This document shows positions 15,609-22,361 of a stretch of DNA of 32,000 nucleotides, piece after piece. The notes beneath the pieces are model-generated. The model ran no database searches and was not told the origin of the DNA. It was given only the letters and a program-made list of their open reading frames with translations. The position numbers and the translations under genes are program-made. Each line of letters begins with the position of its first letter. Position 1 is the stretch's first letter. The DNA is from Oscillospiraceae bacterium (GTDB taxonomy: Bacteria; Bacillota; Clostridia; Oscillospirales; Ruminococcaceae), in NCBI GenBank assembly GCA_018110905.1, contig JAGBAZ010000064.1, positions 63,249-95,248 of the forward strand, written 5' to 3'.

Positions 15609-18224
15609 ATGGCAGTATTCAAATGTAAAATGTGCGGCGGAGCACTTGAAGTAAATAACGGCGAAAGCGTTGCAGTATGTGATTATTGCGGCACTAAACA
15701 GACTTTGCCGAAAACCGATGACGGCGTTGTTGCAAATCTTTTCAACCGCGCAAATAATCTTCGCCTTAAATGTGAATTCGATAAAGCGGAAGCAATCTAT
15801 GAGAAAATTCTTGAGCAGGACAATACCGAAGCAGAAGCTCATTGGGGCATAATTCTCTGCAAATACGGCATTGAATACGTTGAAGATCCGAAAACTTTTG
15901 AACGTATTCCCACCTGTCACAGAACTTCCTATGAATCCATAACCGCAAGCGCAGAATACCTTGCAGCGCTTGAGCATGCGGATTCTGTGCAGAGAGAAGT
16001 CTATGAGCACGAAGCTAAAGCAATTGATTCTATCCAGAAGAACATTTTGAGCATCGTCAAAAACGAAAAGCCATTCGATGTTTTTATCTGCTATAAAGAA
16101 ACGGACGAAAATGGAAAACGCACTGTTGATAGCGCCATCGCCAACGATATTTACTATCAGCTTACTCAGGAGGGTTTTAAAGTTTTCTATGCCGCAATCA
16201 CCCTTGAGGACAAGCTCGGTCAGGAATATGAACCTTACATATTTGCCGCTCTTAACAGTGCAAAGGTTATGCTTGCAATCGGAACAAAGCCGGAATATTT
16301 TGAAGCGGTATGGGTCAAAAACGAATGGAGCCGTTTTATGAACCTTATGAAAACCGACCGTTCCAAGCTTCTTATTCCTTGCTATAAGGATATGGATGCT
16401 TACGATCTGCCGGAGGATTTTGCTCACCTTCAGGCGCAGGATATGGGTAAAATCGGTTTTATCAACGATGTAGTCCGCGGCATCAAAAAGGTTATTGTAA
16501 AAGATGAGCCGAAAGTGGTTGCACCGGTTGTTACAAAAGTTGTCGCTTCTTCCGGAAGTGAACCGAACACCGCCCAGCTTCTCAAGCGTGCATTTATGTT
16601 CCTCGAGGACAGGGAATGGGAAAGCGCGGACGAATACTGTGAAAAAGTTCTTGACCTCGATGCGGAAAATGCAGAAGCATATCTTGGAAAGCTTATGGCG
16701 GAACTCAGAATCAGTAAAAAAGAATATTTGAGTAGTTGTTCTGACCCGTTCGACAACCGAAACAATTACAAAAAAATAATTCGTTTCGGTGATGAAAAAC
16801 TTTGTGAGGAACTTAAGAGTTATAACAAGCAAATCAGAGAGCGCAACGAACTGAACCGTAAAAATGTAATTTACAACGCCGCCTGCGGATTTATGAATTC
16901 AGCAGAATCTGAAGATGATTATAAAGAAGCGGCTGCAAAATTTGGCGAAGTTTTGAACTTTAAGGACGCAAAAGCAAGAAAAGAAAAGTGCATTGATTTG
17001 GCAGAAGAAGCAAGAAAAGAAACAATTTACCAGCAAGCAGAGAGAAAATATAGTTGTTCTTCATTTGCTGAAGCTGCAGAAACATATGGAAAAATATCCG
17101 GGTATAAAGATTCTGATAAAAGAAAAAAAGAGAGCCTTGAAAAAGCTGAGGATGAACGAAAAAATTCAATTTACCTCGAGGCATGCGAATATAAAAATAC
17201 ACAAACTATTGCTGGATATAAATATGCAATAGAAAAATTTGAAACGATTTTGGAGTGGCGAGACGCTTCTAATCAAATAGAAATTTGTAAAGACAGGATT
17301 TGCATACTTGAACAAAAGGAAGAAAAAGCAAGAATCGAAGCACAGCATAAAGCCGAAGTGGATAGAATTGCGGCAGAAAAGAGAAAGAAGAAAAATAAAA
17401 TAATGGCAGCAATCGTGACGTCAATCGCACTTATTTCTATTGCTGCAATCGTTGTGTTTATAACTGTAATTCAGCCGCAGAACGAATATAATGCTGCTGT
17501 TGCTCTTGTGGAAGAAGGAAAATATGAAGAGGCGTATAATATTTTTATTAAACTTGGAGATTATAAAGATTCTGCTGAAATAGTGTCTAGTGTCCGTATA
17601 CAAAAAATTAAAAATCTTGGAGATATAAAAATCGGTGATGAAATAATACTAGGAGCGTATGAACAAGATAACGATACATCTAATGGCAAAGAAGAAATAA
17701 AATGGATTGTTATTGATTCAAATGGTGGTAAAATTCTTGTTATAAGCAAATATGCCCTTGATTGTAAACCATTTAATACCAAAAATGAAAACACTACTTG
17801 GGAAAAATGTACTCTTCGTAGTTGGTTGAATAATGATTTTTTGAATTTTGCTTTTTCTGAAGCTGAAAAGGAAGTTATTCCAACAATGGTAATTGCGGGA
17901 GCTTGGAATAGTGAACAAAAAACAAGTTCTGGTAATAATACTCAAGATAAAATCTTCTTATTAAGTATAAGTGAGACGGATAAATATTTCAAAACTTATA
18001 AAGATAAATTATGTAAACCGACAGCATATGCTATAGCTAATGGGGCGTTTGCTGACGAATCAAAAGGAAATTGTTGGTGGTGGCTTCGCTCTTTTGGAAA
18101 TGCCCAAAATTTAGTTGAGTATATTAACTATAAAAATACGGATCAAAAGAACAGTTTTAATGTGGATTTTGCCCGGTGTGCTGTCCGCCCCGCAATGTGG
18201 ATTGATTTATCGGCAGTGGAATAA
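15609..18224 (+). CDS. zinc-ribbon / TIR-domain protein, paralog D; single TM helix and C-terminal WWWLRS-motif domain
   Basis: RBS AAGGAAG; 24-nt gap after paralog C. Same chassis (Glu codon 239 at 16323-16325). Repeated ..GYKDS/..FKDA helical repeats. TM helix IMAAIVTSIALISIAAIVVFITVI (nt ~17403-17470) is preceded by KRKKKNK. C-terminus: IKWIVIDSNGGKILVISKYAL..TLRSWLNN..CWWWLRS..VRPAMWIDL. Confidence 0.85.
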   Translation: MAVFKCKMCGGALEVNNGESVAVCDYCGTKQTLPKTDDGVVANLFNRANNLRLKCEFDKAEAIYEKILEQDNTEAEAHWGIILCKYGIEYVEDPKTFERIPTCHRTSYESITASAEYLAALEHADSVQREVYEHEAKAIDSIQKNILSIVKNEKPFDVFICYKETDENGKRTVDSAIANDIYYQLTQEGFKVFYAAITLEDKLGQEYEPYIFAALNSAKVMLAIGTKPEYFEAVWVKNEWSRFMNLMKTDRSKLLIPCYKDMDAYDLPEDFAHLQAQDMGKIGFINDVVRGIKKVIVKDEPKVVAPVVTKVVASSGSEPNTAQLLKRAFMFLEDREWESADEYCEKVLDLDAENAEAYLGKLMAELRISKKEYLSSCSDPFDNRNNYKKIIRFGDEKLCEELKSYNKQIRERNELNRKNVIYNAACGFMNSAESEDDYKEAAAKFGEVLNFKDAKARKEKCIDLAEEARKETIYQQAERKYSCSSFAEAAETYGKISGYKDSDKRKKESLEKAEDERKNSIYLEACEYKNTQTIAGYKYAIEKFETILEWRDASNQIEICKDRICILEQKEEKARIEAQHKAEVDRIAAEKRKKKNKIMAAIVTSIALISIAAIVVFITVIQPQNEYNAAVALVEEGKYEEAYNIFIKLGDYKDSAEIVSSVRIQKIKNLGDIKIGDEIILGAYEQDNDTSNGKEEIKWIVIDSNGGKILVISKYALDCKPFNTKNENTTWEKCTLRSWLNNDFLNFAFSEAEKEVIPTMVIAGAWNSEQKTSSGNNTQDKIFLLSISETDKYFKTYKDKLCKPTAYAIANGAFADESKGNCWWWLRSFGNAQNLVEYINYKNTDQKNSFNVDFARCAVRPAMWIDLSAVE

Positions 18225-18235
18225 GGAGTGATAAA

Positions 18236-18433
18236 ATGCCGAACTTAAGTCAGATGCAGGGTGTTTCTGCACATTTGGAAACGCTTAAAGCAAAAGATTC
18301 CCGAAGGCATCCTGCACATTGTATTTTTGCAGAGGGAAAAGGTATAAACCGCGTTTGCACCTGCCCTCAATGCGAAATTTATTTACAGCATTGTGGAACT
18401 GCAAAGCTGTGTGGATATTATGAAAAGAAATAA
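18236..18433 (+). CDS. small Cys-rich hypothetical protein (65 aa)
   Basis: Strong RBS AAGGAG lies 7 nt before ATG 18236, 11 nt after the paralog D stop. Six Cys and several His (..HCIFAEG..CTCPQCEIYLQHCGTAKLCGYY). No family recognised. Confidence 0.5.
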   Translation: MPNLSQMQGVSAHLETLKAKDSRRHPAHCIFAEGKGINRVCTCPQCEIYLQHCGTAKLCGYYEKK

Positions 18434-18449
18434 TTAGCTGTTTACAGAA

Positions 18450-19030
18450 AACGCCGAGCCAAGCCTGCTTTACAGGAAGGTGTAACGACTGGACACGGAG
18501 CAACCCAAGCGGTTGAAGGCACAGTCTGAACTTGCAGGTGACTGCAAGAGCCACACAGAAATGATGTGGCCTCCGCGAAAGCGGTGTAACAAAATTGAAA
18601 ATTAATGTATGTCAAAAAAATAATGACAAAAATTAAGAAATTCGCCTCCACTGTTTTCGCAGCAGTGAGCGAATAGCTTAAGACGGTAACAGCGAATATA
18701 GGTTCCGCAATCATCAGCGAACTAATAGCTGATGCGATAATAAAACAATTTAGTGTAGGTTCTGTTGAGCGTACATAGGCAAACGCTGAATTTATTTGTG
18801 CGATAGTTTTTTTGATATTGTTGTTAGTACAAAAGACTATAGAAAACTATAACAACCTCCTGGAAAACCGTAAAGCCGCAATAACGGTTGACAGAAAAAA
18901 CTGCGGTAAATATTTAAATATGGAGGTAAGAAAGTTGCCTCCCTACACAGTAATGTGTAGCAAACAACTCCGTAAATTCGGTGAAACTCTGTATGCAATG
19001 ACCGGTATAACAATTTGTTTATACCGGTCA
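18450..19030 (+). ncRNA. candidate structured RNA or DNA-structure region (ORF-poor, hairpin-dense)
   Basis: No convincing ORF on either strand. Plus-strand hairpins: CTTGCAG-GTGA-CTGCAAG (18531-18548), GCCACA..TGTGGC (18550-18570), CCGC-GAAA-GCGG (18573-18584), GACTG..CAGTC (18487-18526) enclosing CAACC-CAAGC-GGTTG, TTCGC..GCGAA (18656-18673), CATCAGC..GCTGATG (18712-18734), GGAGG..CCTCC (18922-18942), CTACACA-GTAA-TGTGTAG (18943-18960) and ACCGGTATA..TATACCGGT (19001-19028). Three loops are GNRA only when read on the + strand. Confidence 0.3.
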
Positions 19031-19038
19031 TTCTTTTG

Positions 19039-19374
19039 TTAAATCTCCTCCGGCAAAAGTACCGCTTCCTCGATTTTTGTAATCGCTTTGCAAAACTTTT
19101 CAAAATTCTGGTTGTATTTTTCCGCGTCGATGTTTCCGGTAGCGTTTGCAATTCGCGCGATCTGGTTTAGGTTGTTTCCGATTCCGTAAAGCTGACGCAT
19201 CATGCTCCAGAAAACCTCGTCCGGGTTTGCTTTCGGAACATAACCATTTATATACATTCGGATATATGTTTCCTTCGGAAGTCCTGCCTTTTTTGCGTTT
19301 TTCTCAAGAGTTTTCATCTCAGTTTCATAGAGGCGGACTTTTACGGATTTGGTTCGTTTTCTCATTCTTATCAC
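19039..19374 (-). CDS. mobC: MobC-family relaxosome accessory protein
   Basis: ..RTKSVKVRLYETEMKTLEKNAKKAGL..YGIGNNLNQIARIANATG.. is the RHH plus IGNNLNQIAR signature of the MobC family. No relaxase ORF follows it. Confidence 0.8.
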   Translation of the reverse strand: MIRMRKRTKSVKVRLYETEMKTLEKNAKKAGLPKETYIRMYINGYVPKANPDEVFWSMMRQLYGIGNNLNQIARIANATGNIDAEKYNQNFEKFCKAITKIEEAVLLPEEI

Positions 19375-19391
19375 TCCTTTCTGTTGGGGTT

Positions 19392-19478
19392 GCAGGGGAT
19401 TTCACCTGCCAAACTGCCTTTGGCCGTCCAAAGGCGATGCTTGCGACGGATTACCGGCGGATTCTCACCGCCGGTAAT
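19392..19478. promoter_or_regulatory. hairpin cluster upstream of mobC; candidate oriT
   Basis: GCAGG..CCTGC (19392-19409), CCTTTGG-CCGT-CCAAAGG (19417-19434) and a perfect 11-bp inverted repeat ATTACCGGCGG-ATTCTCA-CCGCCGGTAAT (19450-19478), directly 5' of mobC. Confidence 0.35.
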
Positions 19479-19605
19479 TTTTACAAAAGAGAAAAATATG
19501 TTTGTTTGTTAATGATACAACTTTGGTATCAAAAAATATAAAAATCGATATGAATATTCAGTTTCTTTTTTCAGACGGTAAATCATGGTGCTGAAAAGAG
19601 ATAAA

Positions 19606-20396
19606 TCAAGCACCGGATTCAAAAATGTTGCGCAGTTCTTTGAGTTTTTCAGCTGCATTCTGTTTTCGTATGTTTGCATTGTTGATTTTTACAGGAACAC
19701 AAAGCTCCAGAATTCGGTCATATATCCTTGCTTTGGCAAGATTCTCAGGATTTTGGATTTCATCAAGGGTGAGGTTAGTTGTGACAATTAGAGGCTTTTT
19801 GCTGCGGTAGCGGCTGTCGATCACGCTGAAAACCTGTTCCAGCGCGAATTCGGAATTTCGCTCGATTCCAAGGTCGTCTATTATCAACAGTTCACATTTT
19901 ACTAAGGATTCAAGATATCGGTTTCGTTCTTCAGAAAAGATTCCGGTCAAGGTGTTGATGATTTTTGAAAAGTTGGTCATAACAACCGGGATACCTTTTT
20001 CAATCAGGGCGTTTGCAATGCAGCCGGCGAAAAAGGTTTTTCCGGTTCCGACGTTTCCCCAGATGAGCAGTCCGAGATTTTTCTCCTTCATTTCCGCCCA
20101 GCGGTCAACGTAAGTTTTTGCCTTTTCCATTTCCGGGTTATAGCCTTTGTCGTTTTCAAAGGTGTATTCGGAAAACGCTCGTCGGAAAGTCCGCTTTTCC
20201 TCAAAGCCAGAACCCTTTGACGAAAATCCCGCTTCTTTTCTTTTCGGCGCTGTTCGTTAATTCTGTCAAGCTGGCATCGGCAACTTATGGGAACAAGCTG
20301 TTCCCGGTCGAAGATCGAAATTCTCAGCTGCCGGGGAGTGCCGCAGTTTTTGCAATAAACAATTCCGTCCTCGTTAAGATATTCATCGGGTTTCAT
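19606..20396 (-). pseudogene. DnaC/IstB-like AAA+ helper ATPase with N-terminal zinc ribbon, split by a -1 frameshift
   Basis: The upstream ORF (MKPDEYLNEDGIVYCKNCGTPRQ..LRKSGLSDERF) and the downstream ORF (..[YTFENDKGYNPE]MEKAKTYVDRW..LLIWGNVGTGKTF..LLIIDDLG) are consecutive parts of one protein. The frames join if the A4 run at 20172-20175 (T4 on the coding strand) were 5 nt long. The start ATG 20396 overlaps the upstream stop as ATGA and is preceded by AAGGAGG. Confidence 0.7.
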
Positions 20397-20845
20397 AAGC
20401 TTTCGTCCTCCTTGCATTCATAAATTCTTTTATAATCTTTATCTTTGTTATTGCTTATATAGGGTGGGGAAGGTTTTCTTTCCGTCAAAGGGATAATATT
20501 CTGTCTTTCAGTAAAAGGCGGGATTTTTACATAAATCCTGTTTGTAAGTCCGCCGCCCCTGCGCTTTCTTGCGATAAGGTCAATGCCTTCCAAAGCCCGC
20601 AAAGAGCTTTTTACGGTCATTTCGCTTTTGCCGATAACAGTTGCCAGTTCCTTGAGAGAAAAGGAAACAAAGGCGTTTCCACAGTCGTCAATCCATTTTT
20701 CGCTTTTGAGCGAAAGCCTTGCTCTGTCGAGCAATAAGCAATAAAGGATTTTTGCGGTTTCGTTTATCCGGCGTTCGCTGATCAGGAATTTAGGGAAGAA
20801 CATATACGGAGGAAAGACCGTTTCTTTTGTGATAAAATTGTTCAT
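20393..20845 (-). CDS. RepA_N-type replication initiator / winged-helix protein
   Basis: ..PKFLISERRINETAKILYCLLLDRARLSLKSEKWIDDCGNAFVSFSLKELATVIGKSEMTVKSSLRALEGIDLI.. matches the RepA_N pattern (l..ls..Ak.lY.lL.dr..lS..n.w.De.G..y..f...el). RBS GAAGGAGAGG. Confidence 0.7.
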   Translation of the reverse strand: MNNFITKETVFPPYMFFPKFLISERRINETAKILYCLLLDRARLSLKSEKWIDDCGNAFVSFSLKELATVIGKSEMTVKSSLRALEGIDLIARKRRGGGLTNRIYVKIPPFTERQNIIPLTERKPSPPYISNNKDKDYKRIYECKEDESL

Positions 20846-20869
20846 AACGTCCTCTCCTTCGTACTTGTT

Positions 20870-21235
20870 TTATTCGCCGAGAAAATCCCAGTCAAAGTTT
20901 TCTTCGGGTTTGGATTTTTCAGGAGGAGGGGATGAGGAGCTGTTTATTACGGCGGCACAGCCGGAGAGAAAAAAAGGAAGGGATTTTTCAATGGAACTTT
21001 CAACGGAAGAAACTATTCGTTCGATAAATTTTTCTTCCTTTTCTCTTGTTTCAAGATAAGGATCATTTTCGCTTCGGTAGTATCTTTCAAAGAAATATAC
21101 AATAGCTATTGAAACAGCGTTGCTGTATGATTTGAATTTCTTTTTATCCATCGTTTGAAGATATTGCCATGCTTTCTTTTGAATTTCTTTTCCAAGATTG
21201 AAGCGAATATTTGTGGTTTTAACTTCGTTTTTCAT
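20870..21235 (-). CDS. hypothetical protein, ParR-like by position (possible RHH N-terminus)
   Basis: Its start overlaps the parM stop as ATGA (21232-21235). The N-terminus TTNIRFNLGKEIQKKAWQYL resembles a ribbon-helix-helix strand-helix. The function is inferred from position only. Confidence 0.45.
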   Translation of the reverse strand: MKNEVKTTNIRFNLGKEIQKKAWQYLQTMDKKKFKSYSNAVSIAIVYFFERYYRSENDPYLETREKEEKFIERIVSSVESSIEKSLPFFLSGCAAVINSSSSPPPEKSKPEENFDWDFLGE

Positions 21236-22155
21236 TGGTGTTCCTTTCTGCGAAGAGAAGAATATGCGATATATTCATATCCCTTTGCGGTTGCACAGAT
21301 ATCGTCGATGATGGTTACTCGTTCTTTATCGTAGTTTCCGAAATTTTTGATAAGACAGCCACCGCCGCCGATGACATAGAGTCTTACCAAATCCGGATTG
21401 TATTCATATTTTCGCAGTATTGCGAAAATGTTGTTCACATATTGGTTTACGGTGCGGAGAATGCAGTCGAGATAAGGTTTTGCGATATCTGCGGTTCTTT
21501 TGCGTATAACGGTTTCTATAACGGAATCATCGATTTTTATTCCGAAATTATCAAGAACAGCATTTTTAGCGGCGATCATACATTGGTTTACGCCGGCTTT
21601 TTCCGTCCAGCAGCGGCTTTCAATAGGTTTTCTGTTGCTGATGTAAAGAATATTCATGGTTCCGTTTCCGATATCCACAAGAAGATTTGTTCCGTCAAAA
21701 TCGGATATTTTGCTGATTACGGCGGGGTATCCCTGGGGATAGATACTGCAACCGATAAAACGGATTTTGTAGTCTTTTCCGTTAAAACGGAATTCGGCGG
21801 TTTTGTTTTGCATAAGGTAGCTTCGGAATTCTTCGCGCTGTTTTCTTACCCATGTAAGCGGAAGTCCTGCGGCAAGATGAACATCTGCTTCTTTAATTCC
21901 AAAAGTATTCAGTTCTTTTGCAACAGCCGCAAGGGTGAGAAGGTAGTAATCATCATCGGATGATTTATCAGGGATAAATTCCTTATGTTCTTCGCCGATT
22001 CGATAAAATTTTCCGCCGTATTCAAGAATATTCCCGGCGAAAATCGGTTCGCTTTCATATTCGGTGATTCCGGCAGGGAAAACAGTGTTTGCGGTTTTAA
22101 TGTTGCCGTAACCGTGGTCAACGGCGATGATTTTGACATTGTTCAGGTTTTTCAT
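21232..22155 (-). CDS. parM: ParM/StbA-family actin-like segregation ATPase
   Basis: Start moved to ATG 22155 (MKNLNNV), 6 nt after GGAGGT. IIAVDHGYGNIKTA.. (phosphate 1), LLVDIGNGTMNI (phosphate 2) and YVIGGGG (adenosine) are actin-fold motifs. Confidence 0.8.
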   Translation of the reverse strand: MKNLNNVKIIAVDHGYGNIKTANTVFPAGITEYESEPIFAGNILEYGGKFYRIGEEHKEFIPDKSSDDDYYLLTLAAVAKELNTFGIKEADVHLAAGLPLTWVRKQREEFRSYLMQNKTAEFRFNGKDYKIRFIGCSIYPQGYPAVISKISDFDGTNLLVDIGNGTMNILYISNRKPIESRCWTEKAGVNQCMIAAKNAVLDNFGIKIDDSVIETVIRKRTADIAKPYLDCILRTVNQYVNNIFAILRKYEYNPDLVRLYVIGGGGCLIKNFGNYDKERVTIIDDICATAKGYEYIAYSSLRRKEHQ

Positions 22156-22251
22156 TTTATAACCTCCGTTCATTTTTTTGATTTGATGTTTTGCTTAGGA
22201 TTTGATTCGGTACCGTTTTTTTGAAAACGGTGCCTTTTTCTTTGCAAATTC

Positions 22252-22307
22252 ATTCTAACAAAACAAAAGAGAAACTACATTGAGCGGCTTTTGAGCGAAA
22301 ATTGAGC
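22252..22307 (-). promoter_or_regulatory. parM-operon promoter with three 11-bp-phased GCTCAA repeats (parC/operator candidate)
   Basis: Minus strand reads GCTCAAttttcGCTCAAaagccGCTCAAtg, then 20 nt, then TAGAAT (22252-22257) preceded by TGT. Hexamers start at + coordinates 22280, 22291 and 22302, spaced 11 nt. Confidence 0.5.
22278..22307. repeat. left arm of a perfect 30-bp inverted repeat
   Basis: CATTGAGCGGCTTTTGAGCGAAAATTGAGC is the exact reverse complement of 24778-24807. Confidence 0.95.
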
Positions 22308-22345
22308 AAAAAACAGCTTGTGCAAATTTTGCACAAGCTGTTTTA
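22308..22345 (-). terminator. rho-independent terminator of the STAND gene
   Basis: Stem ACAGCTTGTGC (22313-22323) / GCACAAGCTGT (22331-22341), followed on the minus strand by a T run (A run at 22307-22312 on +). It lies 17 nt past the stop at 22362. Confidence 0.75.
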
Positions 22346-22361
22346 AAATAGAATTTTGTTG

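Noticed and set aside
18565-18595. The GAAA-capped hairpin at 18573-18584 as a group II intron domain V.
   Set aside because: The flanking bases do not extend into the ~14-bp bulged helix with the AGC triad expected for domain V. No intron-encoded reverse transcriptase or 5' GUGYG is present.
18285-18714. Minus-strand track ORFs 18285-18554 and 18442-18714 as possible relaxase remnants downstream of mobC.
   Set aside because: No relaxase motifs (HxDxxHxH, catalytic Tyr context) are visible. One overlaps the better-supported + strand 65-aa ORF. The region is dominated by hairpins.
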